This document shows positions 21,284 to 31,637 of a stretch of 64,000 bases of DNA, piece after piece; position 1 is the first letter of the stretch, and each line of letters opens with the position of its first letter. Origin of the DNA: an uncultured delta proteobacterium (GTDB taxonomy: Bacteria > Desulfobacterota > Syntrophorhabdia > Syntrophorhabdales > WCHB1-27); contig CAWEPK010000005.1 in the NCBI GenBank assembly GCA_963810935.1, forward strand, positions 288,001-352,000, given 5' to 3'. The notes under the pieces were generated by a model. It was given only the letters and a program-made list of their open reading frames with translations. It had not been told where the DNA came from and searched no databases. A program made the position numbers and the translations under genes.

Positions 21284-21653
21284 TCACACTACCTCGGGGG
21301 CAAGAGAGACGATCTTCATGAAGCGCCTCGCCCGCAGACTCTCTCGCTACGGGCCCGAAAATCCTGGTCCCTACCGGCTCGTTGTACTGGTTTATGATAA
21401 CGGCCGAATTGTCGTCGAAACGGACATACGAGCCGTCGATCCTTCTTATCTCTTTTTTGGTGCGGACGATGACTGCCTTGACGACTTCGCCTTTCTTCAC
21501 CTTGCTGTTCGGCAACACCTCTTTCACCGAGCAGACAATGATGTCGCCAACGGTGCCGTACCGCTTCCTGGAGCCACCCAGGATGCGTATGCAGCCTAGC
21601 TTCTTGGCTCCCGAGTTGTCTGCGACTTCGAGCTTCGTCCTCACCTGTATCAT
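21284..21653 (-). CDS. rplN: 50S ribosomal protein L14 (apparent +1 base at 21338)
   Basis: [19 protein letters not shown]; removing one base gives [22 protein letters not shown]. Confidence 0.96.
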
Positions 21654-21655
21654 GG

Positions 21656-21946
21656 TTAAGCCACCTCGTTCGCCTCGGGCGCCGGCGATTCCTTAGCGAT
21701 GATCTCTTTGACCACCCACCGCTTGTCCTTACTGAGCGGTCTTGTCTCCACGATCAGCACCTTATCGCCGATCTTAGCCTTGTTCTCTTCGTCATGGGCC
21801 TTGCACGTCGTCTTCGAGCGGAGGTACTTGTGGTACGCCGGATGCTTAAGGACGCGCTCCACCTCGACGACGACCGTCTTGTCCATCTTGTCCTTGACGA
21901 CTATGCCTATCAGCTTTTTCTTTCTCGCGTCCTTTTTCTCTTCCAT
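21656..21946 (-). CDS. rpsQ: 30S ribosomal protein S17
   Basis: [25 protein letters not shown]. Confidence 0.97.
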   Translation of the reverse strand: MEEKKDARKKKLIGIVVKDKMDKTVVVEVERVLKHPAYHKYLRSKTTCKAHDEENKAKIGDKVLIVETRPLSKDKRWVVKEIIAKESPAPEANEVA

Positions 21947-21949
21947 CGC

Positions 21950-22150
21950 TTATACCTGCCTGCCTTGGGCCTTTTCGTGGAGCACGGCCATTATCCGCGC
22001 AAGGTCCTTTCTTGCGATCTTCATGCGCGCCGTGTTTTCGAGCTGCCCGGTCGAATGGCGGAACCTGAGGTTAAATACCTCTTCCTTCAGTTCTTTATGC
22101 CTCTTCGCGAGCTCTTCCGGGGTCAGGTCTCTAAACTCTTTGGCTTTCAT
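21950..22150 (-). CDS. rpmC: 50S ribosomal protein L29
   Basis: FNLRF..TGQLENT..RKDLARI. Confidence 0.95.
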   Translation of the reverse strand: MKAKEFRDLTPEELAKRHKELKEEVFNLRFRHSTGQLENTARMKIARKDLARIMAVLHEKAQGRQV

Positions 22151-22563
22151 TCTACCCGGCTCCTCATGGCAAATTTCGTCTGTATCGGAAGTTTCTGGGC
22201 GGCTATGCGCAGGGCTTCGCGGGCTTTTTCCTCGGTCACGCCCATGATCTCGTATAAGACCTTGCCGGGCTTAACGACCGCTACCCAGCCCTCGACCGGG
22301 CCCTTGCCTTTGCCCATTCTCGTCTCTGCCGGCTTCTTCGTGATCGGCTTATCCGGGAAGACGCGGATCCAGAGCTTCCCCGTCCTCTTGACGTACCTGG
22401 AAAGCGTCACGCGGGCCGCTTCTATCTGGCGGGCTGTGACCCATCCACATTCGGTAGCCTGCAGGCCGTAATCGCCGAAGCTCACTTCCGCGCCCCTAGA
22501 CGAGACGCCTCTCATCCTGCCTTTCTGCTGTTTTCTGTATTTGACCCTCTTAGGTGCAAGCAT
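22147..22563 (-). CDS. rplP: 50S ribosomal protein L16
   Basis: [27 protein letters not shown]. Confidence 0.98.
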   Translation of the reverse strand: MLAPKRVKYRKQQKGRMRGVSSRGAEVSFGDYGLQATECGWVTARQIEAARVTLSRYVKRTGKLWIRVFPDKPITKKPAETRMGKGKGPVEGWVAVVKPGKVLYEIMGVTEEKAREALRIAAQKLPIQTKFAMRSRVE

Positions 22564-23208
22564 TTACCTTGTCTCCTGATAAACTTCACCTTTGAAGAGC
22601 CAGACCTTTACGCCGATCACGCCGTACTTCGTCGAAGCGGTCGCAACCCCGTAATCGATGTCCGCCCTTATCGTCTGGAGGGGGACCCTGCCCTCTCTGT
22701 ACCACTCGGTCCTCGCCATCTCTGCGCCGGCGAGCCTGCCGGAGCACATTATCTTGATGCCCTTCGCCCCGAACTTCATGGCCTGGGAGACGTTCCTCTT
22801 CATGGCCCTCCTGAAGGAGACGCGCCGCTCCAACTGCAGGGCGACGTTTTCGGAAACGAGCTGGGCGTCGACTTCCGGCCGCTTCACTTCCGTGATATTG
22901 AGCAATATCTCTTTATCCGTAAGTTTCTGAAGCTCTCTTTTCAGACTCTCGACCTCTGCGCCTTTCCTGCCTATGACGATGCCGGGGCGCGAAGTCCAGA
23001 TATTCATCTTCGCCCTCTTATCTTTATTGGCGGCCCTCTCTATCTCCATCTTGGAGATGCCCGCCTGATAGAGCCTCGCCTTGAGGAACTTCTTCATGCG
23101 GAGATCCTCGTGGAGGAAGAGCGCGTAATTCTTGGACGCGAACCACTTGGAATCCCAAGTCCTGATCGTCCCAAGCCTGAAACCTATTGGATGTGTCTTC
23201 TGACCCAA
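22564..23208 (-). CDS. rpsC: 30S ribosomal protein S3
   Basis: [26 protein letters not shown]. Confidence 0.98.
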   Translation of the reverse strand: MGQKTHPIGFRLGTIRTWDSKWFASKNYALFLHEDLRMKKFLKARLYQAGISKMEIERAANKDKRAKMNIWTSRPGIVIGRKGAEVESLKRELQKLTDKEILLNITEVKRPEVDAQLVSENVALQLERRVSFRRAMKRNVSQAMKFGAKGIKIMCSGRLAGAEMARTEWYREGRVPLQTIRADIDYGVATASTKYGVIGVKVWLFKGEVYQETR

Positions 23209-23223
23209 TTTAACCCCCGCTTG

Positions 23224-23556
23224 TTATGTTTCGTCCAAGACTAACGTAACGTGACTCATTCTTTTGCGTATCGGGGTGGCACGCCCCATTGCCCTCGGGA
23301 GGAACCTCTTCATGGTAGGCCCCTCGTTCACTACGATATTCTTTACGTAGAGCGTGTCCACGTCCACGTATTTTTGCTGTCGCGCGTTTCCGATGGCGGA
23401 ATCGAGCAGTTTCTTGAGGATATAGGCCCCTTTTCTCGGCGTAAACTGGAGTATGCCGAGGGCGGTGTTGACGTTCTTCTTCTTAATGAGATCGCCGACG
23501 ATCCGCACCTTTACGGCTGAGATCCTCATCATATTCGCTTTCGCCACGATTTCCAT
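23224..23556 (-). CDS. rplV: 50S ribosomal protein L22
   Basis: Start MEIVAK after AGGAG SD; GPTMKRFLPRAMGRA; the longer track ORF reads through the repeat element. Confidence 0.96.
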   Translation of the reverse strand: MEIVAKANMMRISAVKVRIVGDLIKKKNVNTALGILQFTPRKGAYILKKLLDSAIGNARQQKYVDVDTLYVKNIVVNEGPTMKRFLPRAMGRATPIRKRMSHVTLVLDET

Positions 23557-23570
23557 TTCCCACTCCTGAA

Positions 23571-23647
23571 CAATTATTGGGGCTAGCGTCGCCCCCTCCA
23601 CCGGCAAAGCCGTCGGAGCCTCCCCCTCATAAAAAGGAAGAGGCATT
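23571..23647 (-). repeat. 77-bp structured repeat element, copy B (rpsS-rplV junction)
   Basis: 70/77 identical to 15330-15406. Confidence 0.9.
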
Positions 23648-23666
23648 AAAGAAAACCACTTCCATC

Positions 23667-23716
23667 GGGGCTAGCGTCGCCCCCTCCACAGACCAAAGTC
23701 CGCGGAGCTTTCTCCT
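23667..23716 (-). repeat. Partial, diverged copy C of the same element
   Basis: Shares GGGGCTAGCGTCGCCCCCTCCAC with copy B; central hairpin resequenced but still paired. Confidence 0.85.
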
Positions 23717-23717
23717 G

Positions 23718-24008
23718 TTACTCCTTCCTCTTCACTACCTTTGCTTTCCTGTCTCCCGAGTGGCTGTGGAAGATCCGGGTGGGCGCGAACTCGCCCAGCT
23801 TGTGACCTACCATCTCCTCACTCACGAAAACGGGGATAAACTTCTTGCCGTTATGGACTGCGAAGGTCAGGCCGACAAAATCGGGGGTAATGGTAGAGCG
23901 CCTCGACCACGTCTTAATGACTTTCGATTCCCTCGAGCCCTTTGCATAATCCACCTTCAGCATGAGATCGTCGTCGACGAACGCCCCTTTCTTCAGCGAC
24001 CTAGGCAC
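23718..24008 (-). CDS. rpsS: 30S ribosomal protein S19
   Basis: [26 protein letters not shown]. Confidence 0.98.
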   Translation of the reverse strand: MPRSLKKGAFVDDDLMLKVDYAKGSRESKVIKTWSRRSTITPDFVGLTFAVHNGKKFIPVFVSEEMVGHKLGEFAPTRIFHSHSGDRKAKVVKRKE

Positions 24009-24017
24009 GGAAACCTC

Positions 24018-24845
24018 CTAACCCCTCTTCTTCACGATAAACTTATCGGTCCTCTTGTTCTTCCTCGTCTTGAGGCCCTTGGAAAGCTGTCCCCACGGCG
24101 AGCAGGGATGCCTGCCGCCCTTGGTCCTTCCCTCGCCGCCGCCAAGCGGATGGTCGACCGGGTTCATGGCGGTGCCGCGCACCGTCGGGCGCACGCCGCG
24201 CCAGCGCGACCTGCCCGCCTTTCCCCAGTCCACGTTCTCGTGGTCGATGTTGCCGACCTGCCCGATCGTGGCAGTGCAGGTGAGGTGTATCAGCTTGACC
24301 TCTCCCGAAGGGAGCCTCAAGTGGCCATAGTCGCCCTCTTTGGCGACGACCTGCGCATAGCTGCCGGCGCTTCTGGCCATCTGGCCGCCCTTGCCGGGCT
24401 TCATCTCTACGTTATGGACAAACGTGCCGAGCGGGATGAGCTTCAGGGGCAGCGTATTGCCCTCTTTGATTTCCGTGTCGCTCTTCTTGCTCGCCACCAA
24501 CGTATGGCCCGCACGAACGCCCGCCGGCGCGAGTATATACCTTTTCTCGCCGTCAGCGTAAGCGATGAGGGCGATATTGGCCGAGCGGTTCGGGTCATAC
24601 TCGATGCCCACGACTTTACCGGGGACTTCAAGCTTGTCTCTCCGGAAATCGATGATCCGGTATTTCTGCTTGTGGCCGCCGCCGATATGCCTCGTGGTGA
24701 TCCTTCCCTTGTTGTTCCTGCCGCCCGTCTTCCGTACCGGGGCGAGCAGCGACTTCTCGGGCTTCTTCTTCGTGATCTCCTCGAAGGTTGAAACACTCAT
24801 GAACCTTCTGCCGGCCGAGGTCGGCTTATATTCCCTTACTCCCAT
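24018..24845 (-). CDS. rplB: 50S ribosomal protein L2
   Basis: [28 protein letters not shown]. Confidence 0.98.
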   Translation of the reverse strand: MGVREYKPTSAGRRFMSVSTFEEITKKKPEKSLLAPVRKTGGRNNKGRITTRHIGGGHKQKYRIIDFRRDKLEVPGKVVGIEYDPNRSANIALIAYADGEKRYILAPAGVRAGHTLVASKKSDTEIKEGNTLPLKLIPLGTFVHNVEMKPGKGGQMARSAGSYAQVVAKEGDYGHLRLPSGEVKLIHLTCTATIGQVGNIDHENVDWGKAGRSRWRGVRPTVRGTAMNPVDHPLGGGEGRTKGGRHPCSPWGQLSKGLKTRKNKRTDKFIVKKRG

Positions 24846-25132
24846 CACGCACCTTCAAAGAAAGAGATTTTGTCTTTCGGGCCTACCTTGACTACGGCCT
24901 TTCTCCAGTCCGGCCGCTTACCCGTATGTTTTCCCAGCCGCCTCTTCTTGCCTTCTATGTTCATGACTCGCACGGAGACGACCGTAACCTTGAAAAGCTG
25001 CTCGACCGCCTTGGCGATCTCGATCTTGTTTGCAGTCCTTGCCACCTCGAAGACATACTGGTTGCTCGCGTCTTTCATGAGGGAGCTTTTTTCCGTCACT
25101 ATGGGCCTTAGTATCGCGTCATACTGGTTCAT
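24845..25132 (-). CDS. rplW: 50S ribosomal protein L23
   Basis: [24 protein letters not shown]. Confidence 0.96.
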   Translation of the reverse strand: MNQYDAILRPIVTEKSSLMKDASNQYVFEVARTANKIEIAKAVEQLFKVTVVSVRVMNIEGKKRRLGKHTGKRPDWRKAVVKVGPKDKISFFEGA

Positions 25133-25752
25133 GATGACAATGCCTCTTCTATTCTTGCGAGGGCGTCGACGGTCACGACGAACTGCTCGTGCCTGATGAC
25201 GTCGTATACGTTGAGCCCTTCAACCCTGAGCACCTTCGTGTACGGGATGTTCCGGGCAGATTTCTCGAGCACCTCGTCCTTCCCGTGGACGACGACGAGG
25301 GGCTTTGAGAGACTCAAGGTCTTCATAACGCCCGCGAAATTCTTCGTGCTGATCGTCCCGAGGTCGAGCTTGTCGATAACTTTCACCGCAGCGTCTGCGT
25401 ACCGGCTGGACAACGCCGAGCGAAGCGCCGCCTTTCTCGCCTTTTTGGGGATTGAGACATGGTATTCCTTCGGCTTCGGGCCGAAGACTGTGCCGCCGCC
25501 CACCCATACAGGCGACGTCGAGCTGCCTGCCCTTGCCCGGCCGGTCCCCTTCTGGCGCCACGGTTTCTTTCCGCCGCCGCGAACCTGTCCGCGCGTCTTC
25601 GTCGAGGCCGTGCCCCGCCGTCTGTTAGCGAGCTGCATCACCACAACGTCGTGCATGAGGTAAGGCTTAATGTCGGCAGTCCAGACGGAGTCGCTCAATT
25701 CGACTTCCCCTACTTTCTGGCCCTGAATATTCAAGACGTCCGCTTTCGCCAT
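25129..25752 (-). CDS. rplD: 50S ribosomal protein L4
   Basis: GTASTKTR, KPWRQKGTGRARAG, GGGTVFGPKP. Confidence 0.97.
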   Translation of the reverse strand: MAKADVLNIQGQKVGEVELSDSVWTADIKPYLMHDVVVMQLANRRRGTASTKTRGQVRGGGKKPWRQKGTGRARAGSSTSPVWVGGGTVFGPKPKEYHVSIPKKARKAALRSALSSRYADAAVKVIDKLDLGTISTKNFAGVMKTLSLSKPLVVVHGKDEVLEKSARNIPYTKVLRVEGLNVYDVIRHEQFVVTVDALARIEEALSS

Positions 25753-25761
25753 AAGACACCC

Positions 25762-26067
25762 CTAAGACTTGATCTCCACATCGACGCCTGCCGACAACTC
25801 AAGTTTCATCAGGGCGTCCACCGTCTGCTGCGTAGGCTCGACAATATCAATAAGCCTCTTGTGCGTCCGTATCTCGAACTGCTCACGCGACTTTTTATCT
25901 ATATGAGGCGAGCGCAACACACAAAATTTTTGGATATTCGTAGGCAGGGGAACCGGACCTACAACCTGCGCCCCGGTTTTCTTGGCCGCGTCCACGATCT
26001 CTTTAACCGACTGATCGAGTAATCGATGATCGAATGCCTTCAGGCATATCCGGATTCTCTGCCTCAT
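25762..26067 (-). CDS. rpsJ: 30S ribosomal protein S10
   Basis: [31 protein letters not shown]. Confidence 0.98.
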   Translation of the reverse strand: MRQRIRICLKAFDHRLLDQSVKEIVDAAKKTGAQVVGPVPLPTNIQKFCVLRSPHIDKKSREQFEIRTHKRLIDIVEPTQQTVDALMKLELSAGVDVEIKS

Positions 26068-26093
26068 ATTTTTCCTCTTCTATGGCTCTAGTA

Positions 26094-27293
26094 TTACTCT
26101 AATATCTCCGTCACTACTCCGGCGCCTACGGTCTTGCCGCCTTCCCTGATGGCGAAGCGCAGCTCTTTCTCAAGGGCGATCTGGGTCACGAGATCTACGG
26201 TAATGGTGACGTTGTCGCCGGGCATGATCATCTCAACGCCTTCGGGGAGATGGACTATGCCCGTCACGTCGGTGGTGCGCAGGTAGAACTGGGGACGGTA
26301 GCCCGTGAAGAAGGGGGTATGGCGGCCTCCCTCTTCCTTGCTCAGCACGTAGACCTCGGCCTTGAACTTCGTATGGGGGGTTATCGAGCCCGGCTTAGCC
26401 AGGACCTGACCCCTTTCGACCTCGTCCTTCTTGGTGCCGCGGAGAAGGACGCCTATGTTGTCGCCCGCCTGTCCCTGATCTAAGATCTTGCGGAACATCT
26501 CTACGGATGTGGCAACTGTCTTCTGGGTGGGGGTGAAGCCTATGATCTCCACCTCTTCACCGGGCTTTACGACTCCACGCTCCACGCGGCCCGTTACGAC
26601 GGTGCCACGGCCCGAGATGGAGAAGACGTCCTCTATAGGCATGAGGAAGGGCTTGTCCGTGTCGCGGACCGGCTCGGGGATATAGGAGTCGCAGGCATCG
26701 AGGAGCTCGAAGATGCTCTTGCAGTGGGGGCAGTCGGGCTTGCCGTCTCCGCACTCTAAGGCTTTAAGAGCAGAGCCCTTTATGATCGGTATCTTGTCTC
26801 CGGGGAACTCGTAAGCGGTGAGAAGCTCGCGCAGCTCCAGCTCGACAAGCTCTATAAGCTCGGGGTCGTCTACCATGTCGACTTTGTTCAGGTAGACAAC
26901 GACGTAGGGGACGCCGACCTGGCGGGCAAGGAGGATATGCTCCCTTGTCTGCGGCATGGGGCCGTCGTTTGCGCCCACGACAAGGATGGCGCCGTCCATC
27001 TGGGCCGCCCCTGTGATCATGTTCTTTATATAGTCAGCATGGCCCGGACAGTCCACGTGTGCGTAGTGGCGCTTATCCGTCTCGTATTCTACGTGGGCGG
27101 TTGCGATCGTTATGCCCCTTTCCTTCTCCTCGGGGGCCTTATCTATCTGATCGAACGGTATCCATTCCGCAAATCCCTTGTTGGCAAGACAGCGGGTGAT
27201 GGCGGATGTCAGGGTTGTCTTCCCGTGGTCGATGTGGCCTATGGTGCCTACATTGACATGGGGTTTTTTGCGCTCGAACTTTTTCTTAGCCAT
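26094..27293 (-). CDS. tuf: Elongation factor Tu
   Basis: [28 protein letters not shown]. Confidence 0.99.
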   Translation of the reverse strand: MAKKKFERKKPHVNVGTIGHIDHGKTTLTSAITRCLANKGFAEWIPFDQIDKAPEEKERGITIATAHVEYETDKRHYAHVDCPGHADYIKNMITGAAQMDGAILVVGANDGPMPQTREHILLARQVGVPYVVVYLNKVDMVDDPELIELVELELRELLTAYEFPGDKIPIIKGSALKALECGDGKPDCPHCKSIFELLDACDSYIPEPVRDTDKPFLMPIEDVFSISGRGTVVTGRVERGVVKPGEEVEIIGFTPTQKTVATSVEMFRKILDQGQAGDNIGVLLRGTKKDEVERGQVLAKPGSITPHTKFKAEVYVLSKEEGGRHTPFFTGYRPQFYLRTTDVTGIVHLPEGVEMIMPGDNVTITVDLVTQIALEKELRFAIREGGKTVGAGVVTEILE

Positions 27294-29367
27294 AGAGAGC
27301 CTCCGTAACTGTTTTTTCTCTATTCTTCATAAGGTCTTCGACGATGGACGGAGGGGTGGGCGCGTAGTGGGCGAACTCCATGGTGTAGTATCCCCTGCCC
27401 TGGGTGATCGAGCGAAGCCGGGTCGTGTACCCGAACATCTCGCCGAGAGGCAGGTGCGCCTGTACGTACTTCACCTCGTTCCTTTCGTCGATATCAACGA
27501 TCCTCCCCCTGCGCGCACTGATGTCGCCGACCATGGCGCCCAGGTACTCGGGGGGAGCGGAGAGATCGACCCTCATAATCGGCTCCAGAATAATGGGGTT
27601 GGCCTTTCTCACCGCCTCTTTTACCGCAATCGACGCTGCGAGCTTGAATGCAAGCTCCGACGAATCGACTTCATGGTAGGAGCCGTCGGTCAGCTCCACC
27701 TTTATGTTTATCAAAGGATGCCCGAGGACTACGCCCTGCTCCAGGGCCTCCCTCACACCTTTTTCTATGGCCCCCATGTACTCCCTGGGTATGACGCCGC
27801 CGACCGTCTTGTTCTCGAACTCAAGGTCCTTGCCTTCTACGGGCGATACCTCGAGGACTACGTGGCCGTACTGCCCCTTGCCGCCGGACTGCTTGATGTA
27901 TTTGCCGACTGCGGATGCGCGCCGTGTGACCGTCTCCCTGTAGGCTACCTGCGGGGCGGAGAACGACATGTTCAGGTTGTGCTCGCGCTTCGCCCTGTCC
28001 ATGATGATATCAAGGTGCAGCTCGCCCATGCCGGAGAGCACAACCTCGCCAGTTTCCTCGTCCATCTTGACCTTGAGGGACGGGTCTTCGAGCGTATACT
28101 GGTTGAAGACGAACCACATCTTCTTCAGGTCGTCTTTCTTTTTGGTTGTCACTGCAATGGAAACTACCGGGGTAGGGACTTCGATGGTCTCGAAAAGGAC
28201 AGGGTGGTCGGTGTCGGCAAGCGTGTTGCCCGTCGAGACATTCTTGAGGCCCGATACCGCGCATATGTCGCCGGCTTCCACCGTCTTGATCTCCTCGCGT
28301 TTGTTCGCGTGGAGCCTGAGTATCCTGCCAATCCTTTCCGTCTTCTGCCTGGTGCTGTTCAAGACGGTCTGGCCCTGCTTGAGCCGGCCGGAATAGACCC
28401 TCATATAACTCAAACGGCCCACGAAGGGGTCGTTCATGATCTTAAAAACAAGACCGCTGAACGGCTCATCGACCGAGCCCGTAACGGCCGTTTCTTCGCC
28501 GTCTTCGTTCCAGCAGGCATACGGGGAGACATCGACGGGGGAGGGCAGGTAATCGACTATCGCGTCGAGGAGCGGCTGCACGCCCTTATTCTTGAAAGCG
28601 GTGCCGCAAAGGACGGGCAGGATGCTGCCTTCGAGCGTGCCCTTCCTGACGACCCGCTTCACGTCGTCCGCGCTTATCTCTTTGCCGTGGACGAAGCAGT
28701 CCATCAGCTCGTCGTCGATCTCGGATAAGGACTCCAGCATCGCCTCGCGCGCCGCATGATACCGCCTCTTCATTGCAGAAGGTACCTCGGTAACGGAATA
28801 TTCAACGCCCATGCGGTCGCGGTCATAAAGCAGCGCAACCCCGGCGATAAGGTCTATAGCACCTGCGAAATCGTCCCCTTCCTTGATAGGGACCTGCAGG
28901 GCGACCGGCTTGGCCTTCAGAATATCCTTCATCATGGCCATGCACTTGTCGAGGTCGGCGCCGGGCCTGTCCATCTTGTTGACGAACGCGATGCGGGGGA
29001 CGCCGTAGCGGTCAGCCTGTCTCCAGACCGTCTCCGACTGGGGCTCTACGCCCTCTACGCCTGAGAAAAGCGCCACCGCGCCGTCGAGGACGCGGAGCGA
29101 CCTGCCTACTTCAACGGTGAAATCTATATGACCCGGCGTGTCGATTATATTGATGCGGTGATCACGCCAGAAGCACGTAGTCGCGGCCGATGTGATCGTA
29201 ATGCCGCGGTCTTTCTCTTCCTGCATCCAGTCCATGGTGGACGTACCTTCGTCCACCTCGCCTATCCTGTTATTGACGCCCGTGTAATAAAGTATCCTCT
29301 CGGTCGTCGTTGTCTTTCCGGCATCGATATGCGCCATGATGCCGACGTTTCTAATAACTTCCTGCAT
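27286..29367 (-). CDS. fusA: Elongation factor G (appears divergent)
   Basis: [39 protein letters not shown]; between rpsG and tuf. Confidence 0.95.
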   Translation of the reverse strand: MQEVIRNVGIMAHIDAGKTTTTERILYYTGVNNRIGEVDEGTSTMDWMQEEKDRGITITSAATTCFWRDHRINIIDTPGHIDFTVEVGRSLRVLDGAVALFSGVEGVEPQSETVWRQADRYGVPRIAFVNKMDRPGADLDKCMAMMKDILKAKPVALQVPIKEGDDFAGAIDLIAGVALLYDRDRMGVEYSVTEVPSAMKRRYHAAREAMLESLSEIDDELMDCFVHGKEISADDVKRVVRKGTLEGSILPVLCGTAFKNKGVQPLLDAIVDYLPSPVDVSPYACWNEDGEETAVTGSVDEPFSGLVFKIMNDPFVGRLSYMRVYSGRLKQGQTVLNSTRQKTERIGRILRLHANKREEIKTVEAGDICAVSGLKNVSTGNTLADTDHPVLFETIEVPTPVVSIAVTTKKKDDLKKMWFVFNQYTLEDPSLKVKMDEETGEVVLSGMGELHLDIIMDRAKREHNLNMSFSAPQVAYRETVTRRASAVGKYIKQSGGKGQYGHVVLEVSPVEGKDLEFENKTVGGVIPREYMGAIEKGVREALEQGVVLGHPLINIKVELTDGSYHEVDSSELAFKLAASIAVKEAVRKANPIILEPIMRVDLSAPPEYLGAMVGDISARRGRIVDIDERNEVKYVQAHLPLGEMFGYTTRLRSITQGRGYYTMEFAHYAPTPPSIVEDLMKNREKTVTEALYG

Positions 29368-29838
29368 TTACCACCTGTAATGTGCGAACGCCTTGTTGGC
29401 CTCTGCCATCTTGTGCGTATCTTCCCGTTTCTTTACTGCGCCGCCCCTGTTGTTGTAGGCGTCAATAAGCTCTCCGGCGAGCTTCTCGACCATGGTCTTC
29501 TCAGACCGGCCGCGGGCATATCGGAGCAGCCATCTTATGGCAAGGGACATCTTCCTGTCGAGCCTTACCTCGACCGGCACCTGGTATGTGGCGCCGCCGA
29601 CCCTCCTTGCCTTGACTTCCAGTTCTGGCTTTACGTTGTCTATCGCCTTGCGGAAAACCTTAAGCGGGTCTTCCTTCACCCGCTTTTCGGAAAGGTCCAG
29701 GGCGCGGTAAACGAGCCTTCTGGCGAGGCTCTTCTTCCCGTCCCACATCACCGAATTTATAAACCTCTGTATGAGGACGTCGTTATATTTCGGGTCAGGC
29801 AATCTCTCCCGTTTGGACACCCTTCCTTTACGTGGCAC
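29368..29838 (-). CDS. rpsG: 30S ribosomal protein S7
   Basis: [29 protein letters not shown]. Confidence 0.98.
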   Translation of the reverse strand: MPRKGRVSKRERLPDPKYNDVLIQRFINSVMWDGKKSLARRLVYRALDLSEKRVKEDPLKVFRKAIDNVKPELEVKARRVGGATYQVPVEVRLDRKMSLAIRWLLRYARGRSEKTMVEKLAGELIDAYNNRGGAVKKREDTHKMAEANKAFAHYRW

Positions 29839-29865
29839 TACCTGCCTCCTTTACGGCTTTCCGCT

Positions 29866-30240
29866 CTATTGCTTCGGCTTCTTGGAGCCGTACTTCGATC
29901 TGCTCTTCTTCCTGTTCTGCACGCCGCTCGCGTCGAGGGACCCCCTGATGATGTGATAACGCACACCGGGAAGGTCTTTGACCCTGCCGCCCCTGATGAG
30001 CACCACCGAGTGCTCCTGGAGGTTATGGCCGATGCCCGGTATGTAGGTGGTCACTTCCATGCCGTTCGTAAGGCGCACCCTTGCGACCTTCCTCAACGCG
30101 GAGTTCGGCTTCTTGGGTGTCGTAGTATAAACCCTGACGCAAACGCCCCTCTTTTGAGGGCAACTGGTAAGTGCAGGCGAGGCGCTCTTCTTTTTGGCGA
30201 CCTCTCTCCCGAGCCTTACCAACTGATTAATAGTAGGCAT
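29866..30240 (-). CDS. rpsL: 30S ribosomal protein S12
   Basis: [27 protein letters not shown]. Confidence 0.99.
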   Translation of the reverse strand: MPTINQLVRLGREVAKKKSASPALTSCPQKRGVCVRVYTTTPKKPNSALRKVARVRLTNGMEVTTYIPGIGHNLQEHSVVLIRGGRVKDLPGVRYHIIRGSLDASGVQNRKKSRSKYGSKKPKQ

Positions 30241-30325
30241 CAATACCTCCAAAAAAATAATCCCTTGTCGAAGGGATGAAAAAAGTACGGACCACAGCGT
30301 CAGCTTTTGGGAAAAAAGCTCTGTG

Positions 30326-30355
30326 AGAATATCACTTTCATCCTCTCGCTGTCAA
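30326..30355 (-). promoter_or_regulatory. Sigma70-type promoter of the str operon
   Basis: TTGACA-18 nt-TATTCT with TG extension. Confidence 0.6.
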
Positions 30356-30618
30356 GAGGATTCTTGACTCCCACCTGTAATCTTTATCAGGCAAATGCTT
30401 GTGTTTTTTTAAAACGCTGCATACAACCATCTGCGAACCCGGATAAAGATAAAAGTATCCCCCTTTTTGAGAATATCGCATATTATACTACGCATAAGGC
30501 AAAAATGGAAGACTTTCAAGCCCTTACCGTCAATTTTTTTGACAGGGCAGGCCGCATGCCCGACTTTTTTACGGCCCGTAGCCTCGCCGGACGTAGGAGA
30601 TAGGCTGTAAATCGGGGC

Positions 30619-31527
30619 TTATTTCATGAGCGCGAGGGCGCCTGCGATCTCCGTGTCTCCGCTGAAGGTCGACTTCTTCCCGTCCCGGATTATGATGCAC
30701 GTAGGGGTCGAGGCCACCTTGTCCTCCCGCATGAGCGCCGACAGCGCTGCAAAGGTCGGCCTGGTGTCTGTCTCCCTGAATTTGATGTCGTGCGCCTTTA
30801 AAAAGTCTTCGAGCTTATCCCGCTCCGTGATTTTCTGGCTTGCCGCCTCGAAAAGAAGCGCCCTCGACCGCAGCACCTGGTCGAACTTCCTGTCTGCGAT
30901 CAAAATATAAAGAAAATACTTGGCATAGAGCGGCGTGTGCGTGTGGATGGGCGTATCGACGAACGTGAGGGTCACGGCGTTTTTGCGCACCAGGTCTTTG
31001 AGCACCGGCTCTATCTGCGGCTCCAGGCGGCTGCACGGTCCGCAGAAATAATCCGTATAAAGCCTTACCTGGACCTTACCCGTACCGAAAGAGGGCATCA
31101 GGACCTCGTCGGCATAGGCAGGCGTCATGGCCCCCTTGAAAAAAACGAGGCAGAGGAAAAAGCCGATGGCGGCGCAGATGCCCATAAGCGGCAGCCTGGA
31201 CCGCCTCCAGTTGAAAATGAAGAGGAAGATCAGGATGGCCGCGAAGCCTAGGCAATAGGGGCAATAGGTGCCGTTTTTGACCTGGAAGGCCACCAGGTTG
31301 GCCTCCACCCCGACACCCAGGGAAAGCACGGCTATGTGGGAGGCGTCCCGCCTGAGCAGGACGAGCGCAGCCAGAAGGAGCGCGTAGGCGATGCCGAGGT
31401 ACTTCAGGTCGATGCCCAGAAAATCCCCTTTCAGGAACGTGCAGGCCGACCCGCAAAAATTATAGAAAACGATCAGGCCAAGGCCGGCAAGCGGCAAAAT
31501 AATGTTGACTATCTTTCTCGCGCTCAT
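30619..31527 (-). CDS. VKOR-like membrane domain fused to thioredoxin/DsbA-like domain
   Basis: CGSAC loop, CPYC in TM region, CGPC and TPT in soluble C-terminal domain. Confidence 0.75.
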   Translation of the reverse strand: MSARKIVNIILPLAGLGLIVFYNFCGSACTFLKGDFLGIDLKYLGIAYALLLAALVLLRRDASHIAVLSLGVGVEANLVAFQVKNGTYCPYCLGFAAILIFLFIFNWRRSRLPLMGICAAIGFFLCLVFFKGAMTPAYADEVLMPSFGTGKVQVRLYTDYFCGPCSRLEPQIEPVLKDLVRKNAVTLTFVDTPIHTHTPLYAKYFLYILIADRKFDQVLRSRALLFEAASQKITERDKLEDFLKAHDIKFRETDTRPTFAALSALMREDKVASTPTCIIIRDGKKSTFSGDTEIAGALALMK

Positions 31528-31637
31528 GGCTTTCGACACTATTTAAAGTTTAAATGGAGTGCGGGGGGCAAGTCAAGGTGCTAACGCGCGGACCGGTATA
31601 TTCAGGTTCATTTTCCGCCCCTGCCGCACCTTTTGAA

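Noticed and set aside
23224..23646. 140-aa L22 as the primary annotation
   Set aside because: The extra 30 aa are the repeat element; a good SD precedes the canonical start at 23556. Kept only as a hypothesis under findings.
27178..30279. Long plus-strand ORFs opposite fusA/rpsG/rpsL (and similar ones elsewhere)
   Set aside because: Expected antisense open frames in GC-rich coding DNA.
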